Shown: piece by piece, positions 39,287 through 48,046 of the stretch
How positions within the stretch are numbered: position 1 is the first letter of the stretch
Layout of the letters: every line of letters starts with the position of its first letter
Origin: an uncultured Eubacteriales bacterium
Lineage (GTDB): Bacteria; Bacillota; Clostridia; Lachnospirales; CAYPQA01
Reading direction: 5' to 3'
Assembly (NCBI GenBank): GCA_964412725.1
Contig: CAYPQA010000001.1
Location: 1-60,910, forward strand
Length of the DNA stretch: 60,910 bases
Notes under the pieces: model-generated
Databases searched by the model: none
What the model saw: only the letters and a program-made list of their open reading frames with translations
Told to the model about the DNA's origin: nothing
Translations under genes and position numbers: made by a program

Positions 39287-40115
39287 TGTTATTTCCCCCA
39301 AGTTTTTTAGCCGCAAATGCAGCCAAGGAATTTATAAAAATTACGACAACAAGCAAAACAACCGCTGTTGCATAAGCTTCACCGATATGAAGCCCCGCGC
39401 TTGACAACGAATTCATATGAACGGACAATGTGCGCGCACTGTCAAACAGTATACTGCCGTTCTTAGAAATGCCCGGAATTTGAGCAACCGTGCCTGCTGT
39501 ATAAATCAAAGCCGCTGTTTCACCAACGATGCGCCCTATAGCAAGGATTGTGCCTGCGAGGATGCCGTTTGCCGCGGAGGGAAGTACAATTTTGAATGTC
39601 GTACGCAAACGCCCCGCACCAAGACCGAAACTACCTTCACGAAAGCTATCCGAAACCGCAAGCAAAGCCTCTTCACTTGAGCGCATGATGAGAGGCAAAA
39701 TCATAATAGACAGCGTAAGCGCACCTGCAATCATAGAAAACCCAAAGCCAAGGTATGTGACAAAAAACAACATACCGAACAAACCATAAACAATAGACGG
39801 AATACCGGACAGCGTTTCTGTGGTTAAACGAATAATTTTGACAAGCTTATTGGCCTTGCTTGCATACTCGACGAGATAAATAGCGGATGCGACCCCGATA
39901 GGCACGGCGATGATCAATGACAGCGCGGTCATTATAACCGTTGTGACGAGTGCTGGAAAAAGCGAGACATTTTCGCTTGTATATTTAAGCTCAAACAGCT
40001 TAGGTGAAATATAAGGAATCCCCTTAAACAATATGTAGCCTATTATAAAAACCAACAAAGACAAAGTTATAATAGCGGATACCCAGACCAAAGCCTTTAA
40101 AATGCGTGAACTCAA
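39279..40115 (-). CDS. pstA: Phosphate ABC transporter permease PstA
   Basis: 278 aa, multi-TM, with the EAA-loop region ([16 protein letters not shown]). Confidence 0.88.
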   Translation of the reverse strand: MSSRILKALVWVSAIITLSLLVFIIGYILFKGIPYISPKLFELKYTSENVSLFPALVTTVIMTALSLIIAVPIGVASAIYLVEYASKANKLVKIIRLTTETLSGIPSIVYGLFGMLFFVTYLGFGFSMIAGALTLSIMILPLIMRSSEEALLAVSDSFREGSFGLGAGRLRTTFKIVLPSAANGILAGTILAIGRIVGETAALIYTAGTVAQIPGISKNGSILFDSARTLSVHMNSLSSAGLHIGEAYATAVVLLVVVIFINSLAAFAAKKLGGNNNG

Positions 40116-40963
40116 TATTTTCTCCTCCTTTTGAGCATAGAAAATGTGAGATTTATAATCAGAATGAACGCAAAAAGTACAAGACCTGTAGCAACGAGTG
40201 CCTCTCTGTGCAAACCCTCTGAATATCCCATTTCTGTAATAATGTTTGTCGTAAGCGTGCGAACGCCTTTCAAAACTTCGTTAGGCATGCGCACAATTGC
40301 CTGATTACCACACACCATAACAACAGCCATAGTCTCGCCCAACGCACGCCCAATGCCAAGCGTAATCGCCGCAAGTATACCAGACGATGCGGCAGGAAGG
40401 GTTACGAAAAACACAGCCTTCTCATGCGTTGCACCTAGTGCAAGCGCACCCTCGTAATAGGATTCAGGCACAGCCTTAATTGCACTTGTGCTTATTTCAA
40501 TGATTGTCGGCAAAATCATAATACCAAGCAGTAAAGATGCGGTAAGAATACTGTTACCGTTTCCTCCGAAAACCGTGCGCACAAACGGCACTAGCACAAC
40601 CATGCCAAAAAAGCCGTATACAACGGAGGGTATACCGGCAAGCAAGGAAAGCGCGGGCTTCAAAATGCGTTCAAGGCTTTTTGGACAAAATTTAGCCATA
40701 AACACAGCGGTAAAAATCCCAATGGGAACCCCAACGAAAGCCGCGCCCAAAGTGACATAAACACTACCCAAAATCATAGGTAATATACCAAACGAGGCTG
40801 GTACATCCGTTGGTGCCCATTCTTTACCAAAAAGAAAATTAAACACACCGATTTTAAACATGGCGGGAAGCCCATTTGCAAACATAAATATGCAAATGAG
40901 CCCAACAGCCACAATACTCATCAGTGCAGAAACAAAAAATATTATTTTTGCACTTCGCTCCAT
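40112..40963 (-). CDS. pstC: Phosphate ABC transporter permease PstC
   Basis: 283 aa, multi-TM, with the EAA loop (EGALALGATHEKAVFFVTLP). Confidence 0.88.
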   Translation of the reverse strand: MERSAKIIFFVSALMSIVAVGLICIFMFANGLPAMFKIGVFNFLFGKEWAPTDVPASFGILPMILGSVYVTLGAAFVGVPIGIFTAVFMAKFCPKSLERILKPALSLLAGIPSVVYGFFGMVVLVPFVRTVFGGNGNSILTASLLLGIMILPTIIEISTSAIKAVPESYYEGALALGATHEKAVFFVTLPAASSGILAAITLGIGRALGETMAVVMVCGNQAIVRMPNEVLKGVRTLTTNIITEMGYSEGLHREALVATGLVLFAFILIINLTFSMLKRRRKY

Positions 40964-41814
40964 TTTGTAATCTCCCCTGTGAATACTCCCTTAACTTGCG
41001 CGGAAGTTAATTCTTCAACATCGTTCTTTGTATTAACAATAACTGCAAGTCCGTCAAGTGCGATGTCAATATCCTTAAGTTCAGCTTTCTCTGTATCCTT
41101 AAGTTCACGAGATGACATAGCAATTTCACAAGTACCGTCTATAGCCGCTTTTATACCTGTGGAACTGTCTGAAGCTTGGATTTCAACATTTGCGTTTGTG
41201 TTAACCTTTTCATAAGCCTCTTTAAGCTTTTCCATAAGCGGATTTACAGAGGATGAACCTGCAACAACGATCTTGCCTGAGGGCTTAGCACCACTGTAAG
41301 CCGGTGCGTTTTCATCAATAGTTATATAACTCTTACCAACCACAGCCTGCCCATCTGCGGACATAATAAAGTCTATAAAATCCTTTGCAACGCCTGTAGG
41401 CTCGCCCTTTGTTGCGATAACAAACGGACGGAATACTTTATATTTACCATCCTTAACGTTATCTTTTGTAGCTTCAACGCCATCGATCTTAACGGCCTTA
41501 ACGGTATCATTCAGAGAACCCAGGGATATGTAACCTATAGCGTCAGCGTCATTAGCAACATTCGTCATCATAATGTCCGTAGCCTTTGCGATAACAGCCT
41601 CTTTGGTTGTCATATCCTTCTTTGTGCCATCGTCGTTCTTAACCTCAACCTTGAACAACTCAATGAATGCACCTCTTGTACCGCTGCCTTCCTCACGAGA
41701 TACAACTGTAATATCAGCTCCGCCGCCATTATTCGTGGCTTCGCAGCCTGCCATAGAGCCTACAACGCCAAGTGTAACAAGTATAATGCTAAGCATTTTC
41801 TTCATTCTTTTCAT
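40942..41814 (-). CDS. pstS: Phosphate ABC transporter substrate-binding lipoprotein PstS
   Basis: Lipobox LGVVGSMAGC and a PBP-like domain with EGSGTRG and GSSSV motifs. Confidence 0.88.
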   Translation of the reverse strand: MKRMKKMLSIILVTLGVVGSMAGCEATNNGGGADITVVSREEGSGTRGAFIELFKVEVKNDDGTKKDMTTKEAVIAKATDIMMTNVANDADAIGYISLGSLNDTVKAVKIDGVEATKDNVKDGKYKVFRPFVIATKGEPTGVAKDFIDFIMSADGQAVVGKSYITIDENAPAYSGAKPSGKIVVAGSSSVNPLMEKLKEAYEKVNTNANVEIQASDSSTGIKAAIDGTCEIAMSSRELKDTEKAELKDIDIALDGLAVIVNTKNDVEELTSAQVKGVFTGEITKWSEVQK

Positions 41815-41898
41815 TTTCTAATTCTCCCTTATAAATATTATTTATAAGATTTAAGGATGTATTCATTCCCTAACCTTGAGAATATATTAAACCCATAT

Positions 41899-41937
41899 TG
41901 TAAAGAATAAATAGGTTTTATGTAAAATCTATGTAAA
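41899..41937 (-). promoter_or_regulatory. Candidate Pho boxes (three TTTACA hexamers in 11-bp phase) upstream of pstS
   Basis: On the minus strand TTTACA occurs at 41937, 41926 and 41904, giving spacings of 11 and 22 bp. This matches the Bacillus-type PhoP TT(A/T/C)ACA-N5 repeat architecture. Confidence 0.55.
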
Positions 41938-41957
41938 ATAATTGGCTTTTTAAGCAC

Positions 41958-41994
41958 AAAAAAACCGCCGAAGCTTATAATTGGCGGTTTTTTC
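41958..41994 (-). terminator. Rho-independent terminator after the BlaR1-like gene
   Basis: AAAAAAACCGCC-(13 nt)-GGCGGTTTTTT. On the minus strand the hairpin is followed by U7, 14 nt past the stop. Confidence 0.75.
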
Positions 41995-42007
41995 ATTTTG
42001 ATATAAC

Positions 42008-43297
42008 TTAATTACTATCCCTCTTTATTGCACTCACACTACCCTTTGCGTTGTCCCCTGTAACAGAGACCTTATACTTGCCGCTTTCGGGTACTGTCAC
42101 AGAAAACGAGCCTGTGGGTAATTTATTTCCTGTATATACGGGTCTATCTTTATCTTTTTGAACCACAATGCTTAGCTTTCCGGTTTCATTTACAACTTCA
42201 AAATCTATAACATCATCTTTTTCTAATGTAAGCATATGGCTGAGTTCCATATTCATCACACTATAATTCATTATAAGATGACTTTCATCACCGTCTTTGC
42301 TCCCTGTGAAACTAACAGTTGAGCAAGACGTTAAAAATATTGCCATAAAAACCGTAATTAGCAATGAACTGCTTATCAAAGCTAATCCCGCTTTTTTCTT
42401 GCCCATATCCATAATCGAAAAAATCCTTTTTTTCATACCTTTCTTGCCTCCATAAAAGTTTGTTGACAACACTGTATTCATTTTTGACCTGTATCGCAAA
42501 ACGCCAATGATAGTTTCGCTGTATTTCTGGCGTATATCTGCATTTGTTCTTTGCACCACATCTGCATCACAAGACAACTCACAAAGTACATCAATTTCCT
42601 TTGCCATCAGATAAACAACCGGATTAAACCAATGCATTGCTGTGGCAACTAATACAAGGGATTTATACCACAAGTCTTTACGTTTGAAATGAATAAGCTC
42701 ATGCTTTAAGATAAAGCTAAGCTCATCTTGATAAAATTTTAAATTAGGAATAAGGATTCTGGGTTTCCAAAAACCTACCAGCATAGGACTTCCAATGCAA
42801 GAACATGTAAACAAATCGATGCGCTTATTAATCCCCATTTCTGATTTTAAACTCCAATACAAGGCTACTGCCTGTTCATCCATAACAACATCGCTCCACC
42901 GTTTTACCATTTTCATGAAGCGATAATGCTTAATTGCATGGCACATGAGAAAAACTATCATTCCAACCATCCACACGACTACCATAATTTGCCATATTGA
43001 AACACTGGGCGAAACAACAGGCAGCGGGGTATTTCTAGCTCCAATAAAGGCTTCATAATAATTTCCGATTTTAACAACGGGTGCCATAGCTTCAATTGTA
43101 ATCTCTACTTTTACAATTGCACTACGCAATTGCGCTCTGAATGGAATAATGAATCCCAACACAATAAACAACCACGCATAATAGCGGCTTTTATCCGAAT
43201 AACGTTTTGCAAAAAGCGGCATAACCGCGATATAAAAAAGCGAAAGTGCAGACATTGTTATCGTGCAAATCAGAAGGTTCATAACAAAACTCTGCAT
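42008..43297 (-). CDS. BlaR1/MecR1-family M56 peptidase signal transducer with a non-PBP extracellular C-terminal domain
   Basis: Four N-terminal TM helices and the M56 zinc motif KHELIHFKRKD. A late TM is followed by a ~110-aa beta-rich domain with no SxxK/PBP motifs. Confidence 0.8.
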   Translation of the reverse strand: MQSFVMNLLICTITMSALSLFYIAVMPLFAKRYSDKSRYYAWLFIVLGFIIPFRAQLRSAIVKVEITIEAMAPVVKIGNYYEAFIGARNTPLPVVSPSVSIWQIMVVVWMVGMIVFLMCHAIKHYRFMKMVKRWSDVVMDEQAVALYWSLKSEMGINKRIDLFTCSCIGSPMLVGFWKPRILIPNLKFYQDELSFILKHELIHFKRKDLWYKSLVLVATAMHWFNPVVYLMAKEIDVLCELSCDADVVQRTNADIRQKYSETIIGVLRYRSKMNTVLSTNFYGGKKGMKKRIFSIMDMGKKKAGLALISSSLLITVFMAIFLTSCSTVSFTGSKDGDESHLIMNYSVMNMELSHMLTLEKDDVIDFEVVNETGKLSIVVQKDKDRPVYTGNKLPTGSFSVTVPESGKYKVSVTGDNAKGSVSAIKRDSN

Positions 43298-43298
43298 T

Positions 43299-43685
43299 CT
43301 ATCCCCTCCGTTCCTTCACCCATTGAAGCAGTTCATCAAGATCATCATCATTTAGGTTTTTCCCGTCGTATAAGGTATTGACGAGGTTCAGAAACGAGCT
43401 GTCATGATAGTTCTTCATAAAATTTCCCGTTTCAAACTGTAAATAATCCTCTCGATTTATAAGGGGAAAATAGTTGCGCTCTTTGCCTATTTTTTCCGTG
43501 CGCAAAAAACCACGCTCTACAAGCCGCAACATTAATGAGATAACGGTTTGTACACGCCATTCTCTTTCGTTCCCAAGCTGTTGCATAATTATGTTAGTTG
43601 TGATAGGAGGTTCATTCGCCCACACAACTTTCATGATGTCAAACTCCGCGTCCGGCAGTTTTTTCATCATATCCATTCTACCCAC
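43299..43685 (-). CDS. BlaI/MecI/CopY-family transcriptional repressor
   Basis: 128-aa winged helix (LPDAEFDIMKVVW...WRVQTVISLMLRLVERGFL). Its stop lies 1 nt before the BlaR1-like start. Confidence 0.85.
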   Translation of the reverse strand: MGRMDMMKKLPDAEFDIMKVVWANEPPITTNIIMQQLGNEREWRVQTVISLMLRLVERGFLRTEKIGKERNYFPLINREDYLQFETGNFMKNYHDSSFLNLVNTLYDGKNLNDDDLDELLQWVKERRG

Positions 43686-43692
43686 TCCTCTC

Positions 43693-43731
43693 TAAGACAA
43701 TTGCCTATAATGATATTATACAACTGTCTTA
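43693..43731 (-). promoter_or_regulatory. Candidate BlaI-type operator dyad overlapping a -10 box
   Basis: Inverted repeat TAAGACAATTG-N17-CAACTGTCTTA (10/11 match) immediately upstream of the repressor gene. A minus-strand TATAAT lies inside the dyad. Confidence 0.5.
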
Positions 43732-43754
43732 AACATTAGTCAAGTGTCTAAAAT

Positions 43755-43797
43755 AAAAAATCCACCTTCCTGAAATTTGTCCGGAGGTGGATTTTTA
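43755..43797 (-). terminator. Rho-independent terminator after the HAD hydrolase gene
   Basis: AAAAATCCACCT...AGGTGGATTTTT, directly past the stop at 43804. T-run on the minus-strand transcript. Confidence 0.7.
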
Positions 43798-43803
43798 TTT
43801 CTT

Positions 43804-44436
43804 TCACAATATATGGTTGAGTATATCCAAAAGATTATCGGTTTCAACAAAATATGTAGCTTTGTTTTTAACCTTATCGGAGGCATTTATTGCGATAGAT
43901 TTTGCGCAATATTCAAAAATAGGAATATCAGTTGAACCATCACCTACAGCCACACATTCATAAGCCTCAATTGAATTTTTTTGACAAAAGTCTTTCAAGC
44001 AATCAACTTTGCTTTCAGCTTTTATATACGAGGTTATTTTTCCTGTAAAAATCCCGTTTATAACCTCGTAATCGGAGCCATAGTAACCATCAAACCCCCA
44101 AATATCTGAAACAACTCTGGCCACTTGAACAGGACCCACAGTTACAACAATACATTTAATATTGTTATTGTGCAATGCATTTATTGTTTCAAAGATATTT
44201 TTTATTGGCTTTGCTATTTTCAAAAAATCACTGCTGATTTTAGCCTCATCAAGTCCCGAAAGAAGTTCTGCTCTAAGGTAATCCGCAGTAATGTAGTCAA
44301 GTTGTCCAGCCTCTTCTTTCTGCTGTATAAGAGAATGCTCTATCTCCTTATTGTTTAATATACAAGGTAACATAACCGAGTGTATTTCCCGAATTAAAGT
44401 ATCGTCTAAATCAAAACAAACAAGTTTCACATGCAT
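43804..44436 (-). CDS. HAD-superfamily hydrolase (subfamily IB, SerB-like)
   Basis: Motif I CFDLDDTL and motif IV VAVGDGSTDIP. Confidence 0.75.
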   Translation of the reverse strand: MHVKLVCFDLDDTLIREIHSVMLPCILNNKEIEHSLIQQKEEAGQLDYITADYLRAELLSGLDEAKISSDFLKIAKPIKNIFETINALHNNNIKCIVVTVGPVQVARVVSDIWGFDGYYGSDYEVINGIFTGKITSYIKAESKVDCLKDFCQKNSIEAYECVAVGDGSTDIPIFEYCAKSIAINASDKVKNKATYFVETDNLLDILNHIL

Positions 44437-44472
44437 AGAAACCTCCGTCAGATATAGAAATTTTCAAAACGT

Positions 44473-44823
44473 TTATTGGATTGGAAAGCACCTAAAAATA
44501 GTCAGGTTGTTGTCAGGGTCTAAAAAACTCATATTTTTGGCCCCCCATGGCCTTAAAGTTGGAGGCTCTACGATTTCAACCCCAAGATGTTTTAATCTTT
44601 CATATTCAAAGTCTACATCATTAACAGTAAACGCAATGCAAATATTCTGTAAGTTAGCTTTACGTTCTATTCCATCATTGTAAATTGCAAGTGTTGTCTC
44701 ATCTGATATGATAAACTGGTGAACGTTGTTATCACTTCCATTATCAATATTAAATATCATCTTATAAAAATTCGATAGCCGAATAACATCATTCGTTAAT
44801 AAACACACTTCTCCGACCTTCAC
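44473..44823 (-). CDS. VOC (glyoxalase/bleomycin-resistance) family protein
   Basis: 116 aa with a GTG start and a beta-alpha-beta-beta-beta VOC-like pattern ending PPTLRPWGAKNMSFLDPDNNL. Confidence 0.65.
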   Translation of the reverse strand: MKVGEVCLLTNDVIRLSNFYKMIFNIDNGSDNNVHQFIISDETTLAIYNDGIERKANLQNICIAFTVNDVDFEYERLKHLGVEIVEPPTLRPWGAKNMSFLDPDNNLTIFRCFPIQ

Positions 44824-44851
44824 CCAAACTATCTCCTTTCTTGAACAGTCT

Positions 44852-45487
44852 TTATTTTTGGATAGTTCCTATGCAGTCTGATGTCATCTCGCCCGTTTCG
44901 GGATTACGCACAGCTTGGATATAGTAGATATAGCCATCCTTGCCGTATCTTCCAAGTTTTTTGTCATCATAATGGTCGCTGTCCATGCATAAATGCTTAA
45001 CTTTTAAAGCAATCGTCATATTTGCGCTGCCCTCAAAATGCTCACACTCCCATAAAAATTCACATTCTATGTTCAAAAAGCACTCCGCAATGCGTGGCGC
45101 ATTAACGCTCACAGCCTTTTCCGCAGTCAAGCCTGCCATTGTTATTTCATCGTTCTCAAAGTCGTTATGCTCAATAGTTTTGAGACACTTGTCGTAAATA
45201 TCTTTTGAAGGAAAATTCAAAACACAACAGTTTGTTTCCTTCAAACTTTGATACAAGTGCCCATGTTTTGAAACAGAACCTAAGATACAAATAAATTCAC
45301 CGTTATCACCAACAAACGATGTCCACATCTGTAGGCAAGCATTCTCTTTCCCGTTTGACTTATAGCCCGTCACCAAAAATACCGTTGAAGGTATAGCCGT
45401 GACATAATCCTGCCAAGAAAACATTGTAAGCTCACCTGGCCATGTCTCTGTAATTTTTTCCGGCTTTGTGCTAAATTCTTTTTTCAT
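44852..45487 (-). CDS. Flavin reductase-like (FMN-binding split-barrel) protein
   Basis: 211 aa. The IPSTVFLVTGYKSNGKENACLQMWTSF pattern is typical of flavin reductase-like domains. Confidence 0.6.
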   Translation of the reverse strand: MKKEFSTKPEKITETWPGELTMFSWQDYVTAIPSTVFLVTGYKSNGKENACLQMWTSFVGDNGEFICILGSVSKHGHLYQSLKETNCCVLNFPSKDIYDKCLKTIEHNDFENDEITMAGLTAEKAVSVNAPRIAECFLNIECEFLWECEHFEGSANMTIALKVKHLCMDSDHYDDKKLGRYGKDGYIYYIQAVRNPETGEMTSDCIGTIQK

Positions 45488-45532
45488 TTTTATTTCCTCC
45501 GTTGTTTTTGATTTTTAAATAATATACCATAG

Positions 45533-45560
45533 CGAACACGACAGCACTATGTCATGTTCG
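45533..45560 (-). promoter_or_regulatory. Inverted repeat between the WYL regulator stop and the flavin reductase start (operator or weak terminator)
   Basis: CGAACACGAC-N8-GTCATGTTCG (9/10 match), abutting the WYL gene stop. No U-run follows it. Confidence 0.3.
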
Positions 45561-46460
45561 TTAATACAGAGCCAGAATTTTTTTAGCCGTCTGTACAATT
45601 TCATTTCGGAAGTCCTCCGGCTCAAGCACGGTAACCTTGCCCCCAAATCCCAGAACCCAGCTTATAATAAAGTCACGGTTCGTATAGTTAATCTCAAGCA
45701 AAAGACCTTCGTCAGTTTCCGTATAACAATTTAAACCCCAATCCTCAATTAACCTAAAACGAATAGATTTGTCAAACATAAGTTTTAAATTATAAGGTTC
45801 AGGCGTTAAAACATCTTTTTCGATAGCTTCACAAGTAATTTCTCGTGGATTGAAGCCAATATCTGTAAACGTAAGCCCCCATAATCGGTTAAGCTTAAAC
45901 AATCTAAAATCCTCGCGTTCCAAGCACCACCCAAACACATACCACGACGTCCACTTAAACTGAATAAAATACGGCTCAATTCTGCGCTTTGTTTCTCCCT
46001 TTGAGTAGTAATAATCAAATTCGATAAGCTTCCTGTCGCTTATTGCCTTCTTTATAATCCCAATCTTTTCAGAAAGGCTGTCCTTATAATGAGATGACAG
46101 ATTTATAAGAATATGTTCATTAAGCGAAACCATAGCATCCCGATTTGGCGACAACTTTTGAATCAAACGCTCTATACCTGATGTTCGAGATATGCTTTCC
46201 AAGCCCTTAAGCCCCGCAATAATATTTTCAAATTCATCAACAGTCAGAAAGCTTTTGTCAAGCTTGTACCCCTCCATTATAAAAATGCCGCCATCTCCGC
46301 CTTGGGTTGTTGCAATTGGAATGCCAGATTGCGCAAGAGTATCTATATCTCGCATTATCGTTCGGCGAGACACTTCAAATTGCTTTGCAAGTTTTGGCGC
46401 AGTTACTTTTTCATTTTGCAAAAGGCAAGTCAAAATACCAATTAATCTGTCTATTTTCAA
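45561..46460 (-). CDS. YafY-family transcriptional regulator (HTH + WYL + WCX domains)
   Basis: N-terminal HTH (VTAPKLAKQFEVSRRTIMRDIDTL) and a central WYL-like region (IEFDYYYSKGETKRRIEPYFIQFKWTSWYVFGW). Confidence 0.8.
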   Translation of the reverse strand: MKIDRLIGILTCLLQNEKVTAPKLAKQFEVSRRTIMRDIDTLAQSGIPIATTQGGDGGIFIMEGYKLDKSFLTVDEFENIIAGLKGLESISRTSGIERLIQKLSPNRDAMVSLNEHILINLSSHYKDSLSEKIGIIKKAISDRKLIEFDYYYSKGETKRRIEPYFIQFKWTSWYVFGWCLEREDFRLFKLNRLWGLTFTDIGFNPREITCEAIEKDVLTPEPYNLKLMFDKSIRFRLIEDWGLNCYTETDEGLLLEINYTNRDFIISWVLGFGGKVTVLEPEDFRNEIVQTAKKILALY

Positions 46461-46603
46461 AAGGCTGTCCTCCTATGATATCTCCTATAACTCATATTAT
46501 AGGTAGTATATCACTGAAATAATAGGTTGTAAATAACCGAATATATTATTTATACAAGAACAAAATACTTGGTTAAAATTAAATGGAAAAAGGAGCGAGG
46601 TTT

Positions 46604-46933
46604 ATGCTGAAAAATATTAAGCTATTGCGAGAAGAACGCAGTATCAGTCAACAAAAACTTGCTGATGAAATAGGCATGAGTCAGCAGTCGGTTAATGGAT
46701 ACGAAAACCACGATATAGAACCAGACATATCAACGCTTATTAAAATTGCGGATTACTTTGAAACGTCGGTTGATTATGTTGTCGGACATACTCATATTCG
46801 ACGTAAAATTGAGGAAGTAAGTGAGTATGCGCTAAATAAGAGCGAACAGAATCACATAGATAAATATAGGGCACTGCCTGTAACCAGCCGTAAGGCTATT
46901 GATGTGTTAATCGCAGATATGCTGAAAAAATAA
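46604..46933 (+). CDS. XRE-family HTH transcriptional regulator
   Basis: The ATG at 46604 follows AAGGAG. HTH_3 motif: LREERSISQQKLADEIGMSQQSVNGYENH. Confidence 0.8.
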   Translation: MLKNIKLLREERSISQQKLADEIGMSQQSVNGYENHDIEPDISTLIKIADYFETSVDYVVGHTHIRRKIEEVSEYALNKSEQNHIDKYRALPVTSRKAIDVLIADMLKK

Positions 46934-46950
46934 GGAGATGCAATGGATAA

Positions 46951-47754
46951 ATGATTATAGACTTTCATACACATATTTTTCCTGACGAATTATCAAAAAA
47001 AGCATTATCATCTTTGCTTAAAAATATTAATAATTTGTATACGCCTGTTACGGATATGACAAAAAACAGTTTGTTGTTACATATGGATAAAAGTGGTATT
47101 AATTTATCCGTTAATCAACCTGTAATTACAAAAGCCACCCAATTCAAGAGCACTAATCTGTGGGCAAAATCCGTATGTGGCGATAGAATTGTGTCTTTTG
47201 GCGGCATTTACCCTCACACAAACGATTATAAAAGCGACATTGATTTTGTTGTTAGTCTTGGATTAAAGGGATTAAAGTTTCACGCTGAATATCAAGATTT
47301 TGTTTTAGATGAGAAAAAGATGTTACAAATATATGATTACGCTTTAAGCAAAGGACTTATTATTTTGCATCATGGTGGAGTAGACCCGGGAATGCCCAAA
47401 CCTTACAAAAGTAGCCCGAAACAATTCGCCAATGTCGTAGACTCTATGCAAGGCGGCGTTATTATCGCGGCTCATTTAGGTGGTCACGACCAATGGGACG
47501 ATGTTGAACGGTATCTGGTAGGAAAAAACATTTATCTTGATACTTCTATGGGCTTTGATTATTATTCACAAGAGCAGTTTTTACGCATACTTAACGACCA
47601 TGACTCAGAAAAGATACTGTTTGCCTCGGACTCACCTTGGAGCGATGCAACTGTTGAGATTGAACGAATTAAGTCGTTACCTCTACCCAAAAACGATATA
47701 AATAATATTTTAGGATTAAATGCTAAACGTATTTTGAACTATGACCAAACCTAA
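46951..47754 (+). CDS. Amidohydrolase-family (TIM-barrel metal-dependent hydrolase) protein
   Basis: N-terminal IIDFHTHIF, later HLGG and FASDSPW, consistent with the amidohydrolase_2 family. Confidence 0.7.
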   Translation: MIIDFHTHIFPDELSKKALSSLLKNINNLYTPVTDMTKNSLLLHMDKSGINLSVNQPVITKATQFKSTNLWAKSVCGDRIVSFGGIYPHTNDYKSDIDFVVSLGLKGLKFHAEYQDFVLDEKKMLQIYDYALSKGLIILHHGGVDPGMPKPYKSSPKQFANVVDSMQGGVIIAAHLGGHDQWDDVERYLVGKNIYLDTSMGFDYYSQEQFLRILNDHDSEKILFASDSPWSDATVEIERIKSLPLPKNDINNILGLNAKRILNYDQT

Positions 47755-47982
47755 TCATACTTTGCCAAAATAGGAAGCAAAAACAATGCCGTCAAAGCTG
47801 TTGTAACGGTAAGTATGACAAGGCTGCACGGTTATTATGGGGTCGGAAACCGTTTAAGGTTTTCTCAAATGTGCTTGGGTGACAGACAAGTTTGGTGTGA
47901 CTTGGTAGCCTGTTCGGGAGTGAAGCTATAAGCCTACTTTGTTAAACAGAAAATTAATAAAAAAATTTACGAAAAAATTATC

Positions 47983-48011
47983 TTGAAAGTTATCGTTATA
48001 ACGAGTATGAT
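47983..48011 (+). promoter_or_regulatory. Candidate promoter (TTGAAA-N17-TATGAT) with a palindromic spacer, upstream of the LuxR-type regulator
   Basis: The boxes are 17 nt apart. The spacer contains the perfect 10-bp palindrome CGTTATAACG. Confidence 0.4.
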
Positions 48012-48046
48012 ATATTCTATATAAATAACGGTTAAGGAGCAAAAAT

